A stretch of 46,452 nt of DNA, from positions 1 through 46,452 of IMG/VR virus record IMGVR_UViG_3300011403_000006; one strand, written 5' to 3'. The position numbers and the translations under genes were made by a program. The stretch is from a virus. Lineage: Duplodnaviria; Caudoviricetes. Of this stretch, positions 1 through 8,017 are shown one piece after another. Within the stretch, counting starts at the first letter, position 1, and every line of letters starts with the position of its first letter. The notes beneath the pieces are model-generated. The model was not told the origin of the DNA. It did no database searches and worked only from the letters and a program-made list of their open reading frames with translations.

Positions 1-123
1 ATCACTATTTTCAGGCGTGAATTCCACAGTGGTGCCTACAGCCAACTGATTAAACGTCTTAGTTTTTTCATTAAGATAAGTCCAATGAAAAAAATAATCT
101 TTAGAGTCAATACCGCCGATGAA
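1..123. repeat. Terminal direct repeat (left copy), probably circular-assembly overlap
   Basis: Bases 1-123 (atcactattt...ccgccgatgaa) are identical to 46330-46452. Confidence 0.97.
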
Positions 124-186
124 TCCAAAATTCTTCTTGATTGATTTGATTCTTCCTCTGATCGTATTACCATTTCCGTTATCCAT
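1..186 (-). CDS. Cold-shock domain protein, 5' part; continues across the junction to 46291 (74 aa total)
   Basis: Manual translation MDNGNGNTIRGRIKSIKKNFGFIGGIDSKDYFFHWTYLNEKTKTFNQLAVGTTVEFTPENSD|GKDRARNIVAVD*; RNP1-like FGFI, RNP2-like YFFH, VEF and GKDRARNI; AAGGA upstream of ATG at 186; missing from the ORF track. Confidence 0.88.
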   Translation of the reverse strand, partial: MDNGNGNTIRGRIKSIKKNFGFIGGIDSKDYFFHWTYLNEKTKTFNQLAVGTTVEFTPENSD

Positions 187-235
187 GTTCGTATCCTTAT
201 TAATCATTACTGGATGCGCAAGCAGACATAAGGAA

Positions 236-268
236 TGAGCTGTGCTATCGCAGTGACAACACAGCTCA
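236..268 (-). terminator. Stem-loop downstream of 277..459, possible terminator or processing site
   Basis: tgagctgtg...cacagctca 9-bp perfect stem; only a weak U-tract (ttcctt) on the minus strand. Confidence 0.4.
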
Positions 269-276
269 ATTATTAA

Positions 277-459
277 TTAATTTTTTGAACCGCCCTCAGA
301 TTGTGATGGTGTATTTCCTCCGCGATCATCACCTTTTCCAGTTGGATGTGAATCTTTATCACCACGAGATGGTTGTGTTGCAGGTGATTCACCACCACCT
401 TTTTTCTCAGGTACTTGTGATGGATGCGCTCCACCAGGTTTATTCTGTTCAGTAGTCAT
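277..459 (-). CDS. Small low-complexity Gly/Pro/Ser-rich hypothetical protein
   Basis: AAGGAG SD upstream; same strand as late operon; repeated PSQ/PSR/PTG units. Confidence 0.7.
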   Translation of the reverse strand: MTTEQNKPGGAHPSQVPEKKGGGESPATQPSRGDKDSHPTGKGDDRGGNTPSQSEGGSKN

Positions 460-480
460 TATTCTTTTCTCCTTTTATTG

Positions 481-1020
481 TTAACGCGAATCAGGAATAA
501 GGTCAAGAGTCTCAAAGTTTTCTTTTGATATTTGTTTAGGTGAGTAGAATACGATATTGTTGTTTACCGTAGTTTGTTCTTTTGGCGACATCTTCTCAAC
601 AACACGTGACATATTAGCTGCTATTGTGGATAATTCAATAGGTTTCGTCTCTGCTATCTTTTCTTCCGTCATGTGTTTCAGTGCAAGTAGTAGTTTGTTC
701 TGTGCTCGGTTCTTGATTTTGTCTCGTGTTAAATCGACATATTCCTTCAATGCGCCAGCAGGTTCGTGGTAAGTAGTGGTAGATGTCGCGCCATTCTTAT
801 ACGCGTTGACCGATGATTGACTGACACCATATGCTTCTGCTATTTCCTCACCAGTACCATTACCTGATAAAGCATCATGTGCAATCAATTTACGTAATGA
901 CTCTGGTGTTGCCTTAGCACTGTTTCTACCCTTAGCGGGCATAGAAACAACCTGAGCAACACGCATAGAACGATTAAGTTCTAATTCAAACGACTCATCA
1001 TCTACCACTAGCATTTTCAT
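481..1020 (-). CDS. HTH protein, candidate terminase small subunit
   Basis: HTH-like EEIAEAYGVSQSSVNAYKNG, helical middle and NNNIVFY beta tail; lies upstream of the large terminase on the circular map. Confidence 0.55.
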   Translation of the reverse strand: MKMLVVDDESFELELNRSMRVAQVVSMPAKGRNSAKATPESLRKLIAHDALSGNGTGEEIAEAYGVSQSSVNAYKNGATSTTTYHEPAGALKEYVDLTRDKIKNRAQNKLLLALKHMTEEKIAETKPIELSTIAANMSRVVEKMSPKEQTTVNNNIVFYSPKQISKENFETLDLIPDSR

Positions 1021-1093
1021 GTCATCACCTAATTAACATATTACCACATTCCGAAGTCGTATTGCTATACAACCATAGGTTCCAGTTAATGAA

Positions 1094-1912
1094 CTAAAAT
1101 CGTTCAACAAATTTAACTGGTACCTGCAATTTCGTCTGCTTCATTGCCTCGAATTCGGGTGGAGGATTTCCATTAGCATCCTGAACCTTACCATCTCGAT
1201 ATGAGTATATTCCATCTGAGTATTCATTTCCATTCGGCTCATTATCTTCATTCGCATATTCCAATCTCTCTCTATCAGCAGACCAAACTGGAAATGGTGA
1301 TGTACGAGTATATGGTGGATAAAGAACTTCCACCATACCGTTTTCTTTCATACCAATAATACGTGCTTTAATAGAAATCGTGGTACCTACTTCTAACTTC
1401 CTGCCATTCCTATCAACTACTTTACGTGTGACAGGTTCAATGTAAACTACGATTTCTTCTGTTCCGAGTAATCGTCTACGTGGACTATCAACATCTTTAC
1501 CATCTGCTTTTAAGCCCGCGCCTGAATCACCTGTACCCGGACCTAAATCATTTGGTGTTGCATCTCCACCTTCTTCAATACCGAATGGAGGTGTAGGTTC
1601 ACCACCTTCTAATGGTGGTTCAGTTACATCTGCTCTTTGATTACCATATGGTGTAGCTTTAGGTTTACCATAATCAGGTAAATCCTGATTGGGTCTAACA
1701 GGTTTAGGATTATATATAGGTTGTGTTGGTTTGTTTGGTGAGGAAGGAAGTTGCGTAGGCTTATCTGACTGTGCAATCTCGGCTAACGTAACGATACGTT
1801 CTGAGTTATCATCAAATCGAATATTGAGTATTTGATTAGGAGGCTCACCTTGTACAGATGTGACTTTTGCGCGCCGACCCTGATAATTAACCATCTCATT
1901 CTGTTGTACCAT
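1094..1912 (-). CDS. Hypothetical protein with Pro-rich linker and SH3-like beta segments
   Basis: 272-aa ORF with AAGGAG SD; KPTQLP/KPTQPIYNP/PNQDLP repeats; DRNGRKLEVGTTISIKARI segment. Confidence 0.75.
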   Translation of the reverse strand: MVQQNEMVNYQGRRAKVTSVQGEPPNQILNIRFDDNSERIVTLAEIAQSDKPTQLPSSPNKPTQPIYNPKPVRPNQDLPDYGKPKATPYGNQRADVTEPPLEGGEPTPPFGIEEGGDATPNDLGPGTGDSGAGLKADGKDVDSPRRRLLGTEEIVVYIEPVTRKVVDRNGRKLEVGTTISIKARIIGMKENGMVEVLYPPYTRTSPFPVWSADRERLEYANEDNEPNGNEYSDGIYSYRDGKVQDANGNPPPEFEAMKQTKLQVPVKFVERF

Positions 1913-2162
1913 GTTCTTTTCTCCTTACGCGGACACTTCACGTGTACATGCAAATAATTCATAAATTATGTTTTATTTCCGTAAGACAGAGTTCAGAGCT
2001 TGCCTACACGTTTTTCGACCGCAGAATACCAGATTCCGCTACAGAAGTCAATACCTCTGAACTTCGCGCTTCGCGAATCTGAACTCTCGAATTCGTAAAT
2101 AACGTCATTACTAAATATATGGGACCCAATTTCCTATACTTTTCTAATGGTATACGTTTTGG

Positions 2163-2221
2163 AGTACCACCCCCCGCATATGGTGTATGGGACCCATTCA
2201 TATACTACATATGGGGGTACT
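2163..2221. other. Long imperfect palindrome at the early/late divergence point
   Basis: agtac-cccc-catatg-gtgtatg [ggacccatt] catatac-catatg-gggg-gtact; tgggaccca also occurs at 2120-2128. Confidence 0.6.
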
Positions 2222-2300
2222 GTATATGTATACACGGCTATGCATAACTATACAATTAATCAAAAATTAATACTTGATACAATTTAATACAATATATGTA

Positions 2301-2329
2301 TTGCTATGTTTATCAGCGTGTTCTATACT
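2301..2329 (+). promoter_or_regulatory. sigma70-type early promoter P1
   Basis: TTGCTA-17 bp-TATACT, followed by ctct as in P2. Confidence 0.6.
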
Positions 2330-2400
2330 CTCTTTATGTTGATTGAGTGTTTGTTCTGGTTGTTTGTGATTATCTGTTTGATAATCGATTTGGAGGAGAA

Positions 2401-2538
2401 ATGAACGAGACTGATATGGTGCTCACGTTACGCGACATGATTAAACTTTACGGCTATGCTAAAGTTTTGAACGTGTTACAAATGGTTATTCGATTTGAAT
2501 TAGGTATTGTGCTGCACTGGCACACTACAGCTAAGTAG
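2401..2538 (+). CDS. Small hypothetical early protein
   Basis: GGAGGAG SD before ATG 2401 (MNETDMVLTLRDMIKLYG...). Confidence 0.65.
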   Translation: MNETDMVLTLRDMIKLYGYAKVLNVLQMVIRFELGIVLHWHTTAK

Positions 2539-2543
2539 GTATC

Positions 2544-2771
2544 ATGAGACTGAAGTTAGTTCGTTGTTTCATCTGTTCGGCGTGGTATGGTGGTATGCGT
2601 AATCACTGCCCGCATTGTGCTGCATCGCGTATCGTTGTAGGGAATGGTGCAATACATCTTAATTCGTTGTCTGGTCTGGTTATGGCGTCCGGCCTGAGCC
2701 GCTATCGTTTCATGGCCCATGCGCTCGAAATCGCCAACGAATTAATGACAGGAAGACCAGTTAGGGATTGA
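2544..2771 (+). CDS. Small zinc-ribbon protein
   Basis: CFIC...CPHC pairs; AGGT SD. Confidence 0.65.
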   Translation: MRLKLVRCFICSAWYGGMRNHCPHCAASRIVVGNGAIHLNSLSGLVMASGLSRYRFMAHALEIANELMTGRPVRD

Positions 2772-2796
2772 CAGGTTAGGGGCTAGGGGCTATACT
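2768..2796 (+). promoter_or_regulatory. sigma70 consensus-like early promoter P2
   Basis: TTGACA(2768-2773)-17 bp-TATACT(2791-2796). Confidence 0.85.
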
Positions 2797-2882
2797 CTCT
2801 ATTAGTTGAGCAAGACGGGTCGCGTTCAGCAATCCTGTTGACCGGCCCACGGTAAAGCAAGTGTTAGATGTATAGGTGATTT

Positions 2883-3293
2883 ATGAAAAGCGAAACTTTT
2901 ACGGGCAGTGTCGGTAGTGCGTATGGTGAGAAGTTGGCAAAGGAGATTAAGTTCTCCTATAGCGTAGACCAGTTCGAGAACTACAACGAATTGGAAGCTG
3001 CGAAGGAAATCCCATCCAATGCTGATGTAGTTGACTTTGTGAATACACGTCGCAAAAACAACGAACGGCAGTCAGCAATGACAAAGGCTTTGGAAGCTGC
3101 TGGATATGCAAAGCCTGACCCGAATGACCCCATCGTTGCGGCTCAGACTATGATTCGCAATCTTGAGAAAATGGAGAACATGCAGCCACAGCAGAAGCAA
3201 ATGATGGTTGCAGTTCTTAAGCAGCAGATTGCGGATGAGGAAGCGAAACGTAAGGCCGCAAAGGAAAACGCGCCTACCGAACAACCCGCGTAA
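2883..3293 (+). CDS. Hypothetical early protein, monocistronic
   Basis: 136-aa ORF with AGGTGA SD, flanked by promoter P2 and an intrinsic terminator. Confidence 0.85.
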   Translation: MKSETFTGSVGSAYGEKLAKEIKFSYSVDQFENYNELEAAKEIPSNADVVDFVNTRRKNNERQSAMTKALEAAGYAKPDPNDPIVAAQTMIRNLEKMENMQPQQKQMMVAVLKQQIADEEAKRKAAKENAPTEQPA

Positions 3294-3301
3294 GTAATCT
3301 G

Positions 3302-3334
3302 AAAAGGGTATGCAAAGTGTATACCCTTTTCTTT
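3302..3334 (+). terminator. Intrinsic terminator
   Basis: aaaagggtatgca-aag-tgtatacccttttcttt hairpin plus T-tract right after the stop at 3293. Confidence 0.8.
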
Positions 3335-3480
3335 CCCTCCCTTCCTGTAACACAATCCCCTAACCCTAGCCGCCGACCGTACCAGAACGCCATCCAGCAT
3401 TTGTACATATACGAATTAAATGATATAAAGCCTTTTCTGCTACATTTTTCATATATATACAGATTCACTTCTCGGTTAAA

Positions 3481-3535
3481 TCGGTATTGCATCGGTATTA
3501 TCCCCGTATCATCCCCGTATTAACCCCGTATCCCT
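3481..3535 (+). repeat. Array of five imperfect 11-bp direct repeats (left arm)
   Basis: tcggtattgca, tcggtattatc, cccgtatcatc, cccgtattaac, cccgtatccct. Confidence 0.85.
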
Positions 3536-3765
3536 CCCTTCCGCTAACCCGTCTCGAATCAGTCACTTACGGCGACCCGGAACCGACCTATCTCCCTCTA
3601 CCCTTTTTTTTTGCCTTGTATACACTCCCCGCCGTTAGTGCGCTGTGGAGGTTGTGTTTTTCTCTATTTTTTTTTTATATTTTTTATATAAATTAACTAT
3701 AAATTACACATATCCTGAACCGTCAAGTTCTTGACACTTCGGCAGATGACTTACACTTTTGGTAC

Positions 3766-3794
3766 TTGACAGGGTGGCCGCTAGGGGCTAGACT
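3766..3794 (+). promoter_or_regulatory. sigma70-type early promoter P3
   Basis: TTGACA-17 bp-TAGACT; spacer ends in gctaggggc exactly as in P2. Confidence 0.75.
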
Positions 3795-3863
3795 GAGCAC
3801 TAGAGAGATAGCCCGACCACGGACAGCCCTAAGCCCTTGACCGCGAACGACTTAGGGCCAACT

Positions 3864-3934
3864 ACCGATAACGGGTTAATACAGGGTTAATACCGGGTTA
3901 ATACCGATTCGATAGCGGACTAACACCGATGCAA
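3864..3934 (-). repeat. Array of six imperfect 11-bp repeats (right arm, inverted relative to left)
   Basis: Plus strand gttaatacagg, gttaataccgg, gttaataccga and flanking variants; accgatgcaa (3925-3934) is the exact reverse complement of ttgcatcggt (3487-3496). Confidence 0.85.
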
Positions 3935-3958
3935 GTTTACATGTATTTGGATTACATA

Positions 3959-4171
3959 ATGCTAACACAGATAAAGGCAAGTAATTGGCGGGTTAAATGG
4001 AATCTACGCGAGATACATCTAGTAACACAATGGAAATCTGGATGTATCTACCGCACTAAATCAATCGGCATGATTTCCTGCACAGATGATTATGCTAGTT
4101 GGTTAAGAAGTAAAAGTAAGAACGTGATAGTCGGACCAGTTTCAACGTCAGTTAGTAAATTGCTTACGTAA
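3959..4171 (+). CDS. Hypothetical protein (start uncertain)
   Basis: Open frame in the early direction downstream of P3; weak SD. Confidence 0.4.
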   Translation: MLTQIKASNWRVKWNLREIHLVTQWKSGCIYRTKSIGMISCTDDYASWLRSKSKNVIVGPVSTSVSKLLT

Positions 4172-4184
4172 GTTGGGAGAGAAA

Positions 4185-5024
4185 ATGAAGCACACATTCA
4201 AGAGTAATACAAGTAATCCAGCAATATGCATCAAGTGTAGTAAAGATGTAGTTGCTCACAGCGAGTTTGCTACCTGTGAAATCTGTAAGAAGTTTCCATG
4301 CGTGGTTGATATTTATGAGCAAGTCGGTGATTACGCAATATGTGATGGATGTTTTGCTTCCGAAGTTGAAGCGCAACTAACTAATGGTAGCAAGAAACCA
4401 TTACCTGAGCCAATTGAACGTATTGAGAAAGAATTCGTAGCGAATAAAGTAAATGGTCAACGAGATTACTCATTAGAAGATTTACCCACGAATGGCACGG
4501 AATTCTTTAATGCAGAGACGATTTCGCATGTTAAGCTGCATGAAAAGATAATGAACGATGACACGATACCAAAAGATGATAAGTGGGTATTTTACGTTCA
4601 ACAGCTTCAAGCACGGCGCAGTCACCTCCAAACAGTATTAAAAGAGGCTGTAGACATCTTAAACGAAACAAGGTCACGGCTATCCTCAGCGGACCGAGAT
4701 ATTAATCTTGTATCAAGTAAGTTACGCGCAGACGAAAAGGCTAAACTCAAGATAGCCGACATAAACTATATACCGGCAGCGGCACCTAAGAAAGTTGCAG
4801 CTCGTACTACTGAAAAGAATAAAGTCGTCATTAATATTGCACAAATCTTCTGTGCGCCACGCGATGCCAAAGGAAACTTTATCTGGAATGAATTAACTGA
4901 CGAACAAAGGGAAGAATGTCTAGTTAAGGCACGACAGATATTTGCTAACAATATGTCAGCGATTAACACTGCTACTAAAGTGATTGAGTCCCACGATGCT
5001 GGCGCAAATGGAGAGAAGAAATAA
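4185..5024 (+). CDS. Hypothetical protein with N-terminal Cys/His zinc fingers and coiled coil
   Basis: CIKC, CEIC and CDGC motifs; GGGAGAG SD; TAATG coupling to the next gene. Confidence 0.85.
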   Translation: MKHTFKSNTSNPAICIKCSKDVVAHSEFATCEICKKFPCVVDIYEQVGDYAICDGCFASEVEAQLTNGSKKPLPEPIERIEKEFVANKVNGQRDYSLEDLPTNGTEFFNAETISHVKLHEKIMNDDTIPKDDKWVFYVQQLQARRSHLQTVLKEAVDILNETRSRLSSADRDINLVSSKLRADEKAKLKIADINYIPAAAPKKVAARTTEKNKVVINIAQIFCAPRDAKGNFIWNELTDEQREECLVKARQIFANNMSAINTATKVIESHDAGANGEKK

Positions 5025-5242
5025 TGTGGTCATTACATCTTAGTCACGGACATGTAATTAGATTCAAGTCGATGAAAGATGCAATTGCTCACGCGGAAAA
5101 CAATAATCTAGTAGGTTGCACTATCGAGGGTCCGGCGCTGACAGACGAACAGATATTTAATGCGTTATCCGAAGTCGAGGCGGCCGGATTTGAAATCAGC
5201 TCAGATTGTTTCCTTGCTTCATTTGACGGTAAGGTTAATTGA
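5024..5242 (+). CDS. Hypothetical protein
   Basis: Translationally coupled ORF; GGAG SD. Confidence 0.7.
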   Translation: MWSLHLSHGHVIRFKSMKDAIAHAENNNLVGCTIEGPALTDEQIFNALSEVEAAGFEISSDCFLASFDGKVN

Positions 5243-5475
5243 TTATGCGTACTATTGGTGAGATTGGGGATTTGTGGCCTAGATGTGAAAGATGTAAGCA
5301 TATTGCTCAGGACCACAATTTAGCTGATTGCACAACGGTAAGGATTGGTCAGTGTCCTACATGCAATACTCATGGTATGGTGATTCCGTGTGATTGTAAA
5401 GGTTATGTAGGTCCGACGTTAGAAGAATTTAAGTTGCTGCTAACGCCTCAAGAGATAGAGAAGTATAAGTTTTAA
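5239..5475 (+). CDS. Cys/His-rich small zinc-binding protein
   Basis: CERCKH...H...C...CPTC...CDC. Confidence 0.7.
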   Translation: MIMRTIGEIGDLWPRCERCKHIAQDHNLADCTTVRIGQCPTCNTHGMVIPCDCKGYVGPTLEEFKLLLTPQEIEKYKF

Positions 5476-5599
5476 TCGGGGCTAGAATGTAGTGGTCAGT
5501 TAATAGCTGACCATTATATCGTGGTCATGATTAGTCGGCGAATAGTAAATAGAATGACCTGCCTAATGGTTGGTCCAGAACGGAACGAAGTGAGGACAA

Positions 5600-7822
5600 A
5601 TGAACAGAAATGATGCAAGTGCATTAGCTAAGAAAGAATTAATAGCTAATGGCCTAACGGACTGGAAGATTAGGTTAGAAAGTAGTGAGAGAGCACCATA
5701 TTTAGGATTGTGTGTTCCGGCTCAGAAATGTATTTATCTCAATGCACTAGCAATCGACCAAGCACATGAGTTAATGACCATTTCAGTAATAAAGCATGAA
5801 GTGGCTCACGCATTAACGCCGGGCCACGGTCATGATGATGTATGGAAAACTAAAGCAAAAGAGTTAGGCTCAGTAGATTTAGGACCGTGTGCTGCATACG
5901 GCATTAATCCTCTAGCTCTTGACGCAATACGAAGCGGAAATATAGTTGAAATCGAGATAGTCGAAGAAACGCACGTAACACGTACTCCTAAGCACACGAT
6001 TCATAAACTACAAGACCTTTGCCCAGAGTGCGGTAAGATTGCTAAAGAACTTACGGTAGTTGATAGTGTCGAGACTACTGAGATTTACGAGTACAAGTGT
6101 ATTAGTGGTAATAAGCACGACTTTACATCTAGTGAGAAAGATAACGTAAAGTGTCCAACGTGTAAGATGTTTGCTTATCGGCCCGGACCCTATGAAGTAC
6201 GCGAGCATGACGTAAGATTAACGCTACTCACATGCGGTCACGTCATTAAGAAAGTAATACCGAAAGCAACACCTTTTCATCAGTTTATTACGCAAGGTCA
6301 CGGCGATCCGAATTGTAAACACAAATGGGATAATCCAGATAAGCCAACTGAATGCACTGAATGTGGTGCTCTTAAGCTGTATAAGTTTCAAGTAGATGGT
6401 GCTATTGCTATTGAACAAGGCACGGCCCTGAACCACGGATTCGGCGTTTTTGACGATATGGGATTAGGTAAGACTGTAATGCCTATCGCCTATTTACATT
6501 ATCATCCTGAGAAACTACCATTCGTGCTAATCGGTAAGTCTGGTATCAAGTATCAGTACTTAAAAGAATATCTCAAATGGCACGGAATGAAGCACGGTTT
6601 TCCACAAGTCATTACTACATCACGTGACGCATTGTTGCCAGGTATGTCAGGTTATATCATATCTTACGATTTGTTACGCCGCTTTGATATGAGCAAGTTT
6701 GAGAAAGCTGGCGTTAAGACAATGATTCTAGATGAATGTCAGGCTATTAAGAATCCTGATGCAACTAGAACAGCGGAAGTTAGAGCACTTGCAAAAAAGA
6801 TGGAGACAGTAATTCCTACTAGCGGAACACCGTGGAAGAATCGAGGTAATGAGTATTTTGTAGTGCTCAACATACTCGATGCAAAGAAGTTTTATAGTTA
6901 CGAAGATTTTAAGCGTCGGTGGGTTGCTGTTTACGAAGACGCGCAAGGTAAGAAAAAACTCGGCGGTATTCGTAATCCTGAAGCGTTCAAGGAATACATT
7001 AAGCATATCGCAATACGACGCGAACGTGAAATTGTAATGCCAGAGTTACCACGAGTTAATCGCACCAAGTTTTATTGTGAGGTGCCCGACCACGCACGAA
7101 ATGCTTACGCTCAGGCAGTAAAGAAGTTAGTTGATTTAGCTAAAGATGCTGCAATTGATGGCACGGAAGGTTCGTTTAAGAATAATGCCGAGATAATGCA
7201 GTCTCTAATCGTAATGAGACAAATCGTAGGAATGGCTAAGGTTCCATCGACATTAGAGTATTGTGAACAGTTTCTTGAGGAATGTGATAGGAAGTTAGTA
7301 ATCTTTGTGCATCATAAATCATGTGCGGCTATGATTCATGAAGGTCTTAAGACGCTGTTTAATAGTAAGTCAGAAGAAATGAATGGTGATACACCTGATT
7401 TGTTAGTGCTCAGTGCTGATTTGAATTCAGAAAAACGAATGGAAGTTCAAGATAAATTCAACAGTAGTAAGCGCGCATTCATGGTGGCATCGACATTAGC
7501 TAGTGGTGAGGGATTAAACTTACAAACGTGCAGTGATTGTGTTATGCACGAAAGACAATGGAATCCAGCCAATGAAGAACAGGCAGAAGGTAGATTTATT
7601 CGTATTGGTCAGTTAAGCGATAAGGTCAATGCGGTATATGTTGAAGCTGAGGATACTGTTGATAGTCATCTTGACGGAATAGTAAGTCGTAAAAGAATAG
7701 AGTTCCATAAAGTAATGAGTAGCAATCCGAACGCCGGTCATATCACATGGAACGAAGGTAACATTATCAGCGAGTTGGTTAAGTCAATTGTTGCGTCATA
7801 TAACAAAGGAAAGGCAGCATGA
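5600..7822 (+). CDS. SprT-like zinc metalloprotease + zinc fingers + SNF2/SWI2-family (HARP-like) helicase fusion
   Basis: LGLC...IYL...HEVAHALTPGHGHDDVW (SprT HExxH); DDMGLGKT (motif I), ISYDLL, ILDECQ (II), SGTP (III), LVIFVHH (IV), SGEGLNLQ (V), WNP...QAEGRFIRIGQ (VI). Confidence 0.9.
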   Translation: MNRNDASALAKKELIANGLTDWKIRLESSERAPYLGLCVPAQKCIYLNALAIDQAHELMTISVIKHEVAHALTPGHGHDDVWKTKAKELGSVDLGPCAAYGINPLALDAIRSGNIVEIEIVEETHVTRTPKHTIHKLQDLCPECGKIAKELTVVDSVETTEIYEYKCISGNKHDFTSSEKDNVKCPTCKMFAYRPGPYEVREHDVRLTLLTCGHVIKKVIPKATPFHQFITQGHGDPNCKHKWDNPDKPTECTECGALKLYKFQVDGAIAIEQGTALNHGFGVFDDMGLGKTVMPIAYLHYHPEKLPFVLIGKSGIKYQYLKEYLKWHGMKHGFPQVITTSRDALLPGMSGYIISYDLLRRFDMSKFEKAGVKTMILDECQAIKNPDATRTAEVRALAKKMETVIPTSGTPWKNRGNEYFVVLNILDAKKFYSYEDFKRRWVAVYEDAQGKKKLGGIRNPEAFKEYIKHIAIRREREIVMPELPRVNRTKFYCEVPDHARNAYAQAVKKLVDLAKDAAIDGTEGSFKNNAEIMQSLIVMRQIVGMAKVPSTLEYCEQFLEECDRKLVIFVHHKSCAAMIHEGLKTLFNSKSEEMNGDTPDLLVLSADLNSEKRMEVQDKFNSSKRAFMVASTLASGEGLNLQTCSDCVMHERQWNPANEEQAEGRFIRIGQLSDKVNAVYVEAEDTVDSHLDGIVSRKRIEFHKVMSSNPNAGHITWNEGNIISELVKSIVASYNKGKAA

Positions 7823-8013
7823 TTTATTTACTAGATGAGATGCAGCTTAATGTGTTGAAGCGAGTTAAGCATAGGCTGTATAACGAAATGATTAAGATGA
7901 CACCTGACGAAAGACGTGACCTAGCTAATACAATGTTCGCAGTATTAAATAGTGTTGAGAATTTAGGACCGATTGATGACACGCATGAGATAGTATTAAA
8001 GAGGGGAACATAA
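7819..8013 (+). CDS. Hypothetical protein
   Basis: ATGA overlap with the upstream gene. Confidence 0.7.
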   Translation: MIYLLDEMQLNVLKRVKHRLYNEMIKMTPDERRDLANTMFAVLNSVENLGPIDDTHEIVLKRGT

Positions 8014-8017
8014 AGAC

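Larger units (their letters stand above)
3481..3934. other. Candidate bidirectional replication origin: inverted iteron-like arrays around an AT-rich core
   Basis: Non-coding; dyad symmetry centred near 3700; T/A-rich core at about 3657-3710. Confidence 0.55.

Noticed and set aside
1-123. 123-bp end repeat as a biological direct terminal repeat
   Set aside because: It falls inside a coding sequence (the CSD gene), so it is most simply an assembler overlap from a circular or permuted genome
2004-2201. Minus-strand 65-aa ORF
   Set aside because: Overlaps the palindrome, has no SD and no recognisable motif
3274-3696. ORF-track calls at 3274..3492, 3317..3523 and 3487..3696
   Set aside because: They overlap the terminator, repeats and poly-T tract, have low-complexity translations and lack an SD
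3731-3757. Additional promoter TTGACA...TACACT
   Set aside because: Spacer is only 15 bp
3481-3934. Repeat arrays as a CRISPR or mini-CRISPR array linked to the Cas4-like gene
   Set aside because: Units are contiguous 11-mers with no spacers
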